This document shows positions 11,301 through 20,131 of a stretch of 64,000 bases of DNA, one piece after another. The position numbers and the translations under genes are program-made. The DNA is taken from IMG/VR virus record IMGVR_UViG_3300042350_003801; one strand, written 5' to 3'. This DNA is from a virus. Taxonomy: Duplodnaviria; Caudoviricetes. The notes beneath the pieces were generated by a model. That model saw nothing but the letters and a program-made list of their open reading frames with translations, had not been told where the DNA came from and searched no databases. Positions within the stretch are counted from its first letter, which is position 1; each line of letters starts with the position of its first letter.

Positions 11301-13211
11301 TTAACGTGTTATATTTTTATTAGAATAACTTGATGATGTAATGTATGTAGTGCCCGAAATATCACCTCCAGAAGAAATATCATCTGGAACCATATTAATG
11401 ACGGATTTGCCAATATCCATTTGTAAATACAAATCTTGTAAACCAATAACATCATTAGATGATGGAGATGTTGAGATTTCAACGAAATTTTGACTATCTT
11501 TAACTATAGTCGTTGATAGAATATTGATTGAACTTATTTTTATTTCACCTTTTGAATAATCAATGGTTCCAACATTACTGCGAACTATGATTGGCGCTGC
11601 GGTAAGGGTAAATAGAACTAATGTTCCGGTATAATTATCGGTTGGAATATCTGTTAGATAAACTGTATCAGCTATGCCACTTACTTTAAATCCGGAAGAC
11701 TTAATATTATACCCTTTTGAATCTTTAATGTGAAATGCATTGCCAAAGCAAATCTCATAATTTGCAAAGGTGTTTATAAGAGCTTTCAAATCACGACGAA
11801 TCTGAATATTTGTTATGTTTGATGTTATAGCTGCCTGGCTATCATCAATGAGCTTCTGAAATTTACTATACTTAAACCTGGCCCCATAGCGATTCAATTC
11901 GTGAGAATCCGCATAAGCCTGAATATTATCTGAAACAGTGCTCTTAACTTGCTCAACTGAAGATGTAAGATTTGGATTATAGTAAACGTTTGTAACATAT
12001 TCAATGAACAGATATTTTAGGTCAATAATTTCAGGCACGATTCCAGATACTGCATAACGCCGCAGTTTCTTTTTTAGATTATCTTTGATGCTATTTGGGA
12101 CAAAGTTACCGTAGAATGGTTTAATAGTAATGAATACTTTTCCATATTGTGGCGGAGTTAATGTCTCTCCCCCATATGCTGAAACACTCTCTGCTTCTGG
12201 ATATATTCTAGGAATAACGGCCTCATAATCTTCAGGGGTTACACATCTACCTTGAGCAGAATAATTCTTTGGTGCCAGTGCTTTGATTGAACTGATACTT
12301 TCTATTTCCTTACCACCACCGGAAGAGATGTTGGTAGTTAGTAGAGAAATTCCAGAAGTGATTGCATTATTGTTATTATCTACAATTCTACCAATAAATG
12401 AAAAGGATGTAACACCGTTTGCCTCTTTTTGGTTTGTTACAACATAGGATGCCTCAATAAAATTTTGATCTTGTAGTGCTACACCGAAGATTCCATCACC
12501 AAAAATTAATTCATACCTTTGGTCTTCAACTTCTTGGACAAAGAAAATCTTAGAGGTAGATGTAACGTTGAATAAATTATCAGCAAAGGTGAACTTATTA
12601 CTCTTAGACGAAATTCTATTATCTCTTACTGTAACTGTTATAGTTGATGTATCAATATTCGGGTTATCTAAAATGTATTTCTGCGGTGGTGCTGGATTTA
12701 TTCCTGCAACTGTAAAGTTGTCAACAACAAATGTGCCTTCAACAATCTCTATGCTCTCAAAATATGCAATATTGTTGACAACTGGAACTGTAATATCACT
12801 AGAGATTGAAAATGTATAAGATTCGTTGCCAAATGCTGAAGACGAGCAAACGAGTCCCTTCTTTAGTGTTAGTGAAACGGGGCGATAAGAATAGGAAGAG
12901 GTATCAACAAAAAATGAAATATTTGCCCGTGCTGCGGTTGCACTTCTTGGAAGATACCCAATTTCTCTTGCTGCCGATACAACGTTTTCCCTTAGTGTTG
13001 CACTATCAAGAAAGACCTCGTTAGAAAGCATATTGCCAATGAAGGCATTAGTATAGGTATTATAGGCAAGAACATCAAGAATAACTGAAAGGTTTGAACC
13101 ATCAAAGTCATAATCGGTAAAATTAGAATTTGCCCGTAGATAATCCTGCAGTGAGGCTCTTATCTGGTCGTAATCTAGAGTGGTGAAATTAACAATTGGT
13201 GATGTTGCCAT
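11301..13211 (-). CDS. gp6: Baseplate wedge subunit gp6
   Basis: LDYDQIRASL..YL...FTDYDFDGSNLSVILDVLAYNT, FLDSATLRENVVS, YELIFGDG and RCVTPEDY motifs. Confidence 0.95.
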   Translation of the reverse strand: MATSPIVNFTTLDYDQIRASLQDYLRANSNFTDYDFDGSNLSVILDVLAYNTYTNAFIGNMLSNEVFLDSATLRENVVSAAREIGYLPRSATAARANISFFVDTSSYSYRPVSLTLKKGLVCSSSAFGNESYTFSISSDITVPVVNNIAYFESIEIVEGTFVVDNFTVAGINPAPPQKYILDNPNIDTSTITVTVRDNRISSKSNKFTFADNLFNVTSTSKIFFVQEVEDQRYELIFGDGIFGVALQDQNFIEASYVVTNQKEANGVTSFSFIGRIVDNNNNAITSGISLLTTNISSGGGKEIESISSIKALAPKNYSAQGRCVTPEDYEAVIPRIYPEAESVSAYGGETLTPPQYGKVFITIKPFYGNFVPNSIKDNLKKKLRRYAVSGIVPEIIDLKYLFIEYVTNVYYNPNLTSSVEQVKSTVSDNIQAYADSHELNRYGARFKYSKFQKLIDDSQAAITSNITNIQIRRDLKALINTFANYEICFGNAFHIKDSKGYNIKSSGFKVSGIADTVYLTDIPTDNYTGTLVLFTLTAAPIIVRSNVGTIDYSKGEIKISSINILSTTIVKDSQNFVEISTSPSSNDVIGLQDLYLQMDIGKSVINMVPDDISSGGDISGTTYITSSSYSNKNITR

Positions 13212-13612
13212 TAACGTGAGGGCTGAAGGGCAAAAGATAACTGTTGTGGTAGGGCCTCAATGCCAATTATATTATAACGAATGACCACATCATATGTGTT
13301 TTCATCATAATTTGGATTAACTTCAACCGCGATTAGAGATATTCTTGGTTCGTAGTTATTAAGAGTATTTTCAATCTCGCTCTGTATTGACGATGCCGTT
13401 GAGTCTGTAATATTTTCAAAAAGACTTCTTGAGACACTGCAACCAAGATTGCTCTGGAAAAACCGTTCACCCTGCAGAGTCAGGACCAAATTGCGAACTG
13501 AGCGAGAAATAGCAGTTTCATTTTTGATCGCAATAATATCATAGGATAAGGGGTTGACCTTAAACGATGAAGAAATATCCTTAAATGATTGACTGATCCG
13601 CTCTACCGGCAT
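13211..13612 (-). CDS. gp25: Baseplate wedge subunit gp25
   Basis: FKDIS..F...P, AISRSVRNLVLT..GERFF, YEPRI motifs; TATAAATA late promoter just upstream. Confidence 0.95.
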   Translation of the reverse strand: MPVERISQSFKDISSSFKVNPLSYDIIAIKNETAISRSVRNLVLTLQGERFFQSNLGCSVSRSLFENITDSTASSIQSEIENTLNNYEPRISLIAVEVNPNYDENTYDVVIRYNIIGIEALPQQLSFALQPSR

Positions 13613-13613
13613 T

Positions 13614-13621
13614 TATTTATA
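13614..13621 (-). promoter_or_regulatory. T4-type late promoter (TATAAATA) for the gp25-gp6 operon
   Basis: Exact consensus immediately before the gp25 ATG. Confidence 0.75.
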
Positions 13622-13633
13622 GAAATCTATATT

Positions 13634-13763
13634 CTATTTATCAGCCCAAAATGACCTTATCTTTCTCTTTTTTTTCTTTACGTTCAAAGATTTCAGTCTC
13701 TTCTTCTAGTGAAGATTCAATGAATTCTTCACTTTCTACTTCTCTGATTAGTTTTTGTTCCAT
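13634..13763 (-). CDS. Small hypothetical protein (MEQKLIREVESEEF..., 42 aa)
   Basis: Manual translation; below the ORF-track cut-off; fills the gap upstream of gp25; end coordinate approximate. Confidence 0.55.
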
Positions 13764-13798
13764 TGTGATTTAGAATGAGTGCCACTATTTATTGAAAT

Positions 13799-13806
13799 TA
13801 TAAATA
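13799..13806 (+). promoter_or_regulatory. T4-type late promoter TATAAATA
   Basis: Exact consensus 25 nt upstream of ORF 13832. Confidence 0.7.
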
Positions 13807-13831
13807 GTTTCACCATAGTTAGAAAACAGTA

Positions 13832-14161
13832 ATGGACCGGCAGGAAATGATGGGGCTTTATGAGTCTTATGTGGGCCTTTATGAGAAGAGTGAGTCTTGC
13901 GATGAATACGAAGATGTAGAAAAAGAAGAAAAAGAAGAAAAAGGTGAAAAGGAGGAAAAAAAATCCGAACCTAATGGTAAAAAGGATAAAACCAAAGACA
14001 AAAAGGAAATGAAGGAGTCTAGTGATCTTTACGACCTAGTTCTCGAGTATCTTCTTGATGAAGGTCTTTGTGAGTCAGTTGAAAATGCTGAGATTATGAT
14101 GGCTCATATGAGCGAGGGTTGGGTTAATGCAATTGCTGAGGCCGATAATTCTTCTAAATAA
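13832..14161 (+). CDS. Acidic late protein with YLLDEG..E.A..M..MSE.W motif
   Basis: Motif shared with ORF 15826; late promoter upstream and terminator downstream. Confidence 0.75.
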   Translation: MDRQEMMGLYESYVGLYEKSESCDEYEDVEKEEKEEKGEKEEKKSEPNGKKDKTKDKKEMKESSDLYDLVLEYLLDEGLCESVENAEIMMAHMSEGWVNAIAEADNSSK

Positions 14162-14168
14162 AATAAAC

Positions 14169-14198
14169 AAAAAACCCTCCTAACCAGGAGGGTTTTTT
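14169..14198. terminator. Bidirectional intrinsic terminator
   Basis: aaaaaaccctcc-taacca-ggagggtttttt between convergent genes. Confidence 0.85.
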
Positions 14199-14210
14199 AA
14201 TGTTAAAATG

Positions 14211-14687
14211 CTATTCTCCAACTATTTCCTTATAATACTCATCAGACCAATAAGAATAATAATCAGTCTTCTTTAGGGCCTCTCTAAATTTCATCAACTT
14301 TTCCTTTGGTTGAGCCAAAATCAAGCTATAAAGGCCGTTATTCGTCTGAACGCCACCAATAAACGTGTCATAATTGGCACAATCTTCAAAAAAGAGCCAA
14401 TTTTCAAACTTTTTATTGTAAAAATCAACCCATTCATTGATTTTTACCAAATCTGTCTCATCAATAATGTAGATAATCACATCATAGCCGTCTTCTACGT
14501 CAATTTTATCGGCAGAACACTCAATAATTCGGTATTTTCCACTTCTTGCATACGGACATACAGAAAAGCCTCCCAGTTCTGGCCGAACTTGGGAGACTCT
14601 CTCTATCCATTTTTCAATTTCCCTGACCGCGATACTTTTTTCGGGCTCCATTTCGGCTTGTCTTCGAATATTTGGTGTTTTTGCCAT
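14211..14687 (-). CDS. Hypothetical protein (LGG..VCPYA motif)
   Basis: ORF track; ends at the bidirectional terminator. Confidence 0.75.
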   Translation of the reverse strand: MAKTPNIRRQAEMEPEKSIAVREIEKWIERVSQVRPELGGFSVCPYARSGKYRIIECSADKIDVEDGYDVIIYIIDETDLVKINEWVDFYNKKFENWLFFEDCANYDTFIGGVQTNNGLYSLILAQPKEKLMKFREALKKTDYYSYWSDEYYKEIVGE

Positions 14688-14761
14688 CGCCTTGTCGTGA
14701 ATTTTTAGGTGTTGATTGAATGTCGCTAACGTTTTTTGATTTTACTGTCATTTTTTACTCC

Positions 14762-14902
14762 TTAGATATACTCGAAATCAATTTTGTCCTCGTCAATTTC
14801 GCCTTTATAGGCTTGTTCTGCAAGTTCAAGAAGAATGGACGCGGCTTCTTCTTCTGTAATCTGTTGATGAATGGTGCGCCCATCATAAAGAATATTGACC
14901 AT
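14762..14902 (-). CDS. Small acidic hypothetical protein (MVNILYDGRTIHQQITEEEAASILLELA...)
   Basis: Manual translation, 46 aa, directly downstream of the glycosyltransferase. Confidence 0.65.
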   Translation of the reverse strand: MVNILYDGRTIHQQITEEEAASILLELAEQAYKGEIDEDKIDFEYI

Positions 14903-14904
14903 AA

Positions 14905-15744
14905 TCAAATAGGGAAGGTTTTTTCGTGACCAATGCGAATACGGGGGTCAACCCAGATTTTAAAACCCTTTTCCTTGGCTTTCAGGCAGAACCCAACGTC
15001 TTCACCACAGAAATCAACGATTGCACCATCTTCAAATGACTGAAGAAGCGGCGGCCACCAGGGGTAATCCATTCCCTCAAACACACCTTTTTGAACCATC
15101 AGCCAACCACCACCAACATAATCACAGTTGAATGGCTTTTTGCGATTTGTCATCGTCTCAACTTTCTCCATATTCATTACACCACCGTTCTTGCGGAACT
15201 CTTCGGCTTCTAGCCAGAATGCACAGGCAGTATGAACACGGTCTTCGGTTGAATACCAGCCCGATGCAATTGCATTAGTCTTGGTTTCATCCACTAGTTG
15301 CTTATAGCCAACAAGTTCACCGGCTTCATTCTTAACTTCCTCGTAAGATACTGCCTCATCTGGTAAGGCAAGATCGCACAGTTGCCAAAATTGTTCAGGA
15401 GTAAAGAACATATCACTATCAATCCACATTTGATAATCATATTCAATCTGTCCTTGCCAGGGCTTCTGTTTGGGGCCAGCAAGAACATTTGCCCCGAGAA
15501 CTTTACAGCGGGCAAAGTTCACCATACTGCTATAATCCTGCATAATATGAAACTGCATATTGTTACTTGCAATTTCAAAACAGAGCTGAACGAAGCTCTT
15601 TAAGAAGTTATAAGAGCAACCCCGACCCGGAAGACAGAGAACAATTGTTTTGCCCTGCATTTTCTGTTTAATTTTTGCATAATCCCAATTTGGTTGAGAT
15701 TCTTGTTGAGGTTCTTTTGCCTTAATCTGAAACCCTTTTGCCAT
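14905..15744 (-). CDS. GT-A (GT2-like) glycosyltransferase
   Basis: VNFARC, YDYQMWIDSD (DxD), GEDVGFC and WVDPRIRIGH motifs. Confidence 0.8.
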   Translation of the reverse strand: MAKGFQIKAKEPQQESQPNWDYAKIKQKMQGKTIVLCLPGRGCSYNFLKSFVQLCFEIASNNMQFHIMQDYSSMVNFARCKVLGANVLAGPKQKPWQGQIEYDYQMWIDSDMFFTPEQFWQLCDLALPDEAVSYEEVKNEAGELVGYKQLVDETKTNAIASGWYSTEDRVHTACAFWLEAEEFRKNGGVMNMEKVETMTNRKKPFNCDYVGGGWLMVQKGVFEGMDYPWWPPLLQSFEDGAIVDFCGEDVGFCLKAKEKGFKIWVDPRIRIGHEKTFPI

Positions 15745-15825
15745 AATAATCGTTCTAATTGTTTAAACGCGCACTATATAGGCATCTGAAAATCAATAAA
15801 TAATATGAACGGATGCTCGTAAAAG

Positions 15826-16335
15826 ATGGATAGCGATAAGTTAAAAGCTGCAATTGAGCGAGGTGCAGAGAGTCTTAAAAGACCAGCTAAAAATGGACAA
15901 ACTCATAGCAGACAAACGGTTGATGCTCATACCGAAAGAAAGAAGAAAGTAGCAGAACTGGCTAAAGAATATTATGAAGTAGTAGCTGATTATCTCTTTA
16001 CTGAAGGATATGCTGTTTCATTTGAGTCTGCTCTTATCGTTGCAGATGTTATTAGCGACGAGTGGTTTAGTGATATTTTAGAGGCAACGGCTGCAACTAG
16101 GGCAACTGTAAGAGGCCGTGGCAGAGTTCCCGGTGCTTCACAGAGAGTGGTTTCAAGAGAAGACCGAAAAGCCGAAGCCAAAGCAAGAGCAGATGAAAGA
16201 CGAGCCCAGTTAGAGGCAGAGAGAAAATATGCCGAAGAAAGACGAAATAATCCTGCAATTCTTAAAAAAGAAGCACAAAAAAGAACTCTTTCAACAAGAA
16301 TGGAAAGAGCTGCTCAAAGGATGGGACTACATTGA
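15826..16335 (+). CDS. Late protein with YLFTEGY..SFESA....SDEW..ILEA motif and charged coiled-coil tail
   Basis: ORF track; AATAAATA upstream; overlaps the next gene. Confidence 0.75.
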   Translation: MDSDKLKAAIERGAESLKRPAKNGQTHSRQTVDAHTERKKKVAELAKEYYEVVADYLFTEGYAVSFESALIVADVISDEWFSDILEATAATRATVRGRGRVPGASQRVVSREDRKAEAKARADERRAQLEAERKYAEERRNNPAILKKEAQKRTLSTRMERAAQRMGLH

Positions 16336-16898
16336 AAACGTTCCAGCAGTTTTTAGATGAAGCCTGGGTTCCTCCGATGAAAAAACTTAAATCTGGGCAA
16401 ACTCCATTGGCAAAGGCTAGAACAAAATCAAAAACAAATCCAAAAATAACCCCAGAAAAGATTGAAGCAGTGAGAACCTCTCCAAAAAGAGAAACTGGAG
16501 ATACTTCTGAGCATCCTGATTTTTCAACAAGACACGAACCGGGCGGCTCTATTGTCTTAACACATAAACATCATCCGACAAAACTCACTCTTACCCCATC
16601 AGGGAAAAACCAATATACAGTTGTGACTGATGTAACTGGAAAAGCGGAAAATCGTCCAGCGGCTTTTAGGTCAATGATGCAATTGAAAAAAGAAGGCATC
16701 CCTCGTGCTGTTCCTAAAACTGGGGGTATGCCAACAATTCATTCACAGCCAGTTGGCCCCAAAAGGGGTGCAATTAATCAAAGACTTGGGTTTTCTGGTG
16801 TATCTTCAACTGGCAATCAATATGGTAAGCCAAGGCGGCTATCACCAAAACAAAAACAAAACCGGGCTCATTCATTCTTACCCGGAGATGCTAAATGA
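16332..16898 (+). CDS. Putative internal head protein with capsid-targeting-like N-terminus; basic; possibly degenerate GNAT C-terminus
   Basis: MKTFQQFLDE|A resembles T4 IPII/IPIII MKTYQEFIAE; KRGAINQRLGF near the C-terminus. Confidence 0.6.
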   Translation: MKTFQQFLDEAWVPPMKKLKSGQTPLAKARTKSKTNPKITPEKIEAVRTSPKRETGDTSEHPDFSTRHEPGGSIVLTHKHHPTKLTLTPSGKNQYTVVTDVTGKAENRPAAFRSMMQLKKEGIPRAVPKTGGMPTIHSQPVGPKRGAINQRLGFSGVSSTGNQYGKPRRLSPKQKQNRAHSFLPGDAK

Positions 16899-17449
16899 AA
16901 ACTTTTGAGCAGTTTATAGAAGAAGCCCGAAGAATACGAGTTCTTAATACATCACATTATACTAGTAATGACAGTAAGGCAAATATCTTACAATCTGGAT
17001 TTAAAGATTCGCCTTCAACTGGCGCTTATCATCCCGATAGTAATAAGAGAACGGTTTACACCACGCCATCTTCAAGAGTTGGGAGAGATTATGGGCACGC
17101 ACGAGTTAATCTAAAACTAGTTAATCCCAAGGTAACAACTACAAATTCTCCAAAACAATATAAGGACAAGGTTAAAGAATTGGTGATGAAACACGATGGT
17201 TATGACTTACAGAAAAAAGCCAAAGAAATAAGCCCGTTTCACCAATCAAGACGAGCCATCGAATCTGGAGCAAAAGTTGTAAGAGCACCAGATGCCCACG
17301 GAGTTGGTCGTTCTGTGGATAGGGCAAGAGGCTCTTATGTTATGGTGGATAAAGATGTTGCAAACAAGAGCATTTCAAGAGCACCTTCTGCAACAATGCG
17401 AAGTGTATCAAAACCAAAAAGAACTAAAACACAACCGAAGAAAAAATGA
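16895..17449 (+). CDS. Putative internal head protein with ADP-ribosyltransferase-like domain
   Basis: MKTFEQFIEE|A, then SHYT...ILQSGF...GAY...VYTTPS..GRDYG, the H/Y-clade ART pattern. Confidence 0.55.
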   Translation: MKTFEQFIEEARRIRVLNTSHYTSNDSKANILQSGFKDSPSTGAYHPDSNKRTVYTTPSSRVGRDYGHARVNLKLVNPKVTTTNSPKQYKDKVKELVMKHDGYDLQKKAKEISPFHQSRRAIESGAKVVRAPDAHGVGRSVDRARGSYVMVDKDVANKSISRAPSATMRSVSKPKRTKTQPKKK

Positions 17450-17628
17450 AAACTTTTGAGCAGTTTATAAACGAGGCAAACGCAGCAAAACCCGATGCCC
17501 TGAGAACTATTGAAAGAAAATGGGAAAACCGACCTGACCATAAAGGTGTAAATGTTTATGCAACTAAAAAAGATAGCCATATAAAACTTCACGATTTATT
17601 TGTTCCACCACATTTGAGGGGTTTTTAA
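17446..17628 (+). pseudogene. Capsid-targeted GNAT-like gene truncated at the IS607 left end
   Basis: MKTFEQFINE|A...IKLHDLFVPPHLRG breaks off at the start of acetyl-CoA motif A, exactly where the IS appears to begin. Confidence 0.55.
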
Positions 17629-17686
17629 ACAATAGTAGATTTGCTACTAAATACTAATGTCAAATAACAAATACTACTAAATAAAT

Positions 17687-18280
17687 ATGTATGTAACATT
17701 AAAGGAGGCTCGTAAACAACTGGGGTTACACCCAAATACTCTTAGAAAATATGCCGACGAAGGTATTATTGATACAATTAAAACTCCTTCTGGACAGAGA
17801 AGATTCAACATTGAGTCTTTCATACAACAAAAACAAAATAGTTTGCAAACAATTCTTTACTGCAGAGTTTCTAGTGCTAGACAAAAAGACGACCTCAACA
17901 ATCAGAAAAATTATCTCATCTCCAAGTACCCAGGAGCAGAGGTCATCTCTGATGTTGGCTCTGGACTCAATTTTAAACGAAAAGGTTTGCGTACCATTCT
18001 GGAACGATTATCGCGGGGAGATTCAATCAAACTTGTGGTTGCCGAGCGTGACCGACTTTGTAGATTCGGATTTGAACTCGTTGAGTATCTCATCGTTAAA
18101 AACGGTGGAGAACTCGTGGTTCTCAACCAAATTGCAAGTAGCCCCGAAAGTGAACTCGTATCCGACATCCTTTCAATCATCCACGTCTTCTCTTGTAGAA
18201 TTCACGGGATGCGAAAGTATAAAAATCAAATCAAAGAAGATAAGGATTTACCCAACCCAAACCCAAAAATTAATTCTTAA
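17687..18280 (+). CDS. tnpA: IS607 transposase (MerR-like HTH plus serine recombinase)
   Basis: LGLHPNTLRKYADEG HTH; ILYCRVSSARQKDDLNNQ, DVGSGLNFKRKGL, DRLCRFGFE. Confidence 0.95.
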   Translation: MYVTLKEARKQLGLHPNTLRKYADEGIIDTIKTPSGQRRFNIESFIQQKQNSLQTILYCRVSSARQKDDLNNQKNYLISKYPGAEVISDVGSGLNFKRKGLRTILERLSRGDSIKLVVAERDRLCRFGFELVEYLIVKNGGELVVLNQIASSPESELVSDILSIIHVFSCRIHGMRKYKNQIKEDKDLPNPNPKINS

Positions 18281-19361
18281 AAATTGGTTCGGTGCTTCTA
18301 GATTTGCTTTTAATGAAACTGTCAACTTTTTAAATGAAAGTGGGCAAAACGCAAATTGGAAAACAATAAAAACTCCTTTACTAAAATCACTTCCAGAATG
18401 GTCAACTAATGTTCCTTATCAAATAAAATCTGTTGCGATTAGAGACTGCTGCAAAGCGTTCTCTATGTGTAAGAGAAAAAATAAAGGAATAACAAAAGAC
18501 AAATGGCACAAAGTTAGTTATAGGAGTAGGAAGGATAGTAAGCAAACGATTTACATTCCAAAATCTGCGATAAAGGAAAAAGGAGTTTATTATACTATTT
18601 TAGGTGAATTGAAAATAAGTGAGGGATTACCTCAAAAAATTATGGATTCCAGATTGACGTTAGACAATGGCAATTATTATCTTATTATTCCTTATGAGCA
18701 AGAAACAACTCTTAGCGAGAATCAAACTAGAGTTGTTGCTTTGGACCCGGGAATCCGAACTTTCCAAACTTTTTATAATCCAGAATTTTCTGGACTTTTA
18801 GGAAATGGAGACATCGGAAGAATTACGAGACTTTGCCAACATCTGGATAACTTAATATCAAAAAAATCAAAATCGGCTTCAAAGCAAAAACAAAGGATTG
18901 GAAAAGCGATTAAAAGAATGAGGAACAAGATTAAAAATCTCGTTGATGAAATGCATCATAAAGTTTCCAAATTTCTAGTTGAACATTTTGACATTATATT
19001 TTTACCATCATTTGACGTTAGCCAAATGGTTAAAAGAGGTAAGAGAAAACTAAATTCAAAAACCGCACGTTCTTTATTAACTTGGTCACATTATAGATTT
19101 AAATGTTTTTTGAAGAATAAATGTGAAGAGTTTAATAAATTACTGTTAATTGTAAATGAAGCCTACACATCAAAAACTTTGTCTTGGACCGGAAGAATCA
19201 ACTATTCTTTAGTGGGTTCTAAGATTATACAAGATGATAGCCATTGTGTCAATAGAGACATAAATGGTGCCCGGAATATCTGGGTAAAAAGCGTCTCAAG
19301 AATTCTTGAGACTTTGGGAGATAGCCCCTCAGGTACTAATACCTGTGCATTGTTAACTTAG
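17751..19361 (+). CDS. tnpB: IS607-type TnpB RNA-guided nuclease (Fanzor2-related clade); true start uncertain
   Basis: RuvC-I VVALDPGIRTF, shifted Glu in VNEAYTSKT, RuvC-III NRDINGARNI; PFWN..LWLP..SWFS N-terminal segment overlapping tnpA. Confidence 0.9.
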   Translation: MPTKVLLIQLKLLLDREDSTLSLSYNKNKIVCKQFFTAEFLVLDKKTTSTIRKIISSPSTQEQRSSLMLALDSILNEKVCVPFWNDYRGEIQSNLWLPSVTDFVDSDLNSLSISSLKTVENSWFSTKLQVAPKVNSYPTSFQSSTSSLVEFTGCESIKIKSKKIRIYPTQTQKLILKNWFGASRFAFNETVNFLNESGQNANWKTIKTPLLKSLPEWSTNVPYQIKSVAIRDCCKAFSMCKRKNKGITKDKWHKVSYRSRKDSKQTIYIPKSAIKEKGVYYTILGELKISEGLPQKIMDSRLTLDNGNYYLIIPYEQETTLSENQTRVVALDPGIRTFQTFYNPEFSGLLGNGDIGRITRLCQHLDNLISKKSKSASKQKQRIGKAIKRMRNKIKNLVDEMHHKVSKFLVEHFDIIFLPSFDVSQMVKRGKRKLNSKTARSLLTWSHYRFKCFLKNKCEEFNKLLLIVNEAYTSKTLSWTGRINYSLVGSKIIQDDSHCVNRDINGARNIWVKSVSRILETLGDSPSGTNTCALLT

Positions 19362-19477
19362 GTTAGCAAAATTCTATCGGCAATGAGTGCTGACTGGTTT
19401 GACAAGATTATCTTAGAGAAATAATATTCTCACTTGTGATAAAACTATGAATCTAATGCCACTAGTCTAATTTATTT

Positions 19478-20071
19478 TTATGGTGCGATTTGATAAGCGC
19501 CAGAAAGGTCAAAGTGCGCATCTTTATTACCACTACTTGCCCAAAAACCACTGTTTGGCGTATTATATTTCCAATCTAAATCTGTAGTTGTTGAAAAATA
19601 ATATAGTTTCATCAGTGACAAACCTTCTGCAACATCAACAATTGCTGCAATATGAAACCTACTTGGGGAACCAGTTCCAGATGTCATATGTAAACTGCCA
19701 CCACGAATAGAAGTGGTGGCAGCAGCAGGAAATGGAAGAGTAAATTGATATTGACCGGTTCCGTATGTTGTCGTCGCGGAAAACTGAACATTTAATCTAA
19801 AGTGACAAATCAATCCCTGTAGAACATAAGAAGCTGTTACAGAACCACCACCAATTGCAAATGTTCCAGAAGCATCGGTAAATTGTGGATTGAAAGTTTG
19901 GTTCACCGAGACAATACCAAAAGGAATACCTCCAGGTGTTATTCCATCCGAAAGACGAATTGGGGTTGTTCCATTAATATCATAAAAAATTTCTCCCCTT
20001 TTACCAATGTATTCAGATGCCGTGGTAGCACCCATTTTATCTGCATAAAGTTTGAAAGTAGTATTAGACAT
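19478..20071 (-). CDS. Mtd-N-like domain protein (fibre/virion accessory)
   Basis: GEIFYD....IRLSDG.TPGG N-terminal motif followed by a beta-rich domain. Confidence 0.55.
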   Translation of the reverse strand: MSNTTFKLYADKMGATTASEYIGKRGEIFYDINGTTPIRLSDGITPGGIPFGIVSVNQTFNPQFTDASGTFAIGGGSVTASYVLQGLICHFRLNVQFSATTTYGTGQYQFTLPFPAAATTSIRGGSLHMTSGTGSPSRFHIAAIVDVAEGLSLMKLYYFSTTTDLDWKYNTPNSGFWASSGNKDAHFDLSGAYQIAP

Positions 20072-20131
20072 CGGATTTTTACTTATCCTTTCTTTTTATA
20101 TTTAGCATTCCTTTGAGTTTTTTGTTGTGGT

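Larger units (their letters stand above)
17621..19380 (+). mobile_element. IS607-family element (boundaries approximate)
   Basis: Serine-recombinase tnpA plus overlapping tnpB; TACTAAATA direct repeats near the left end; GG dinucleotides at both inferred ends; no terminal inverted repeats. Confidence 0.85.

Noticed and set aside
1088-13024. Short ORFs nested in gp7 and gp6 (1088, 6908, 7299, 8051, 8424, 8939, 10766, 12568, 12806)
   Set aside because: Antisense or off-frame shadows of long structural genes with no motifs or expression signals
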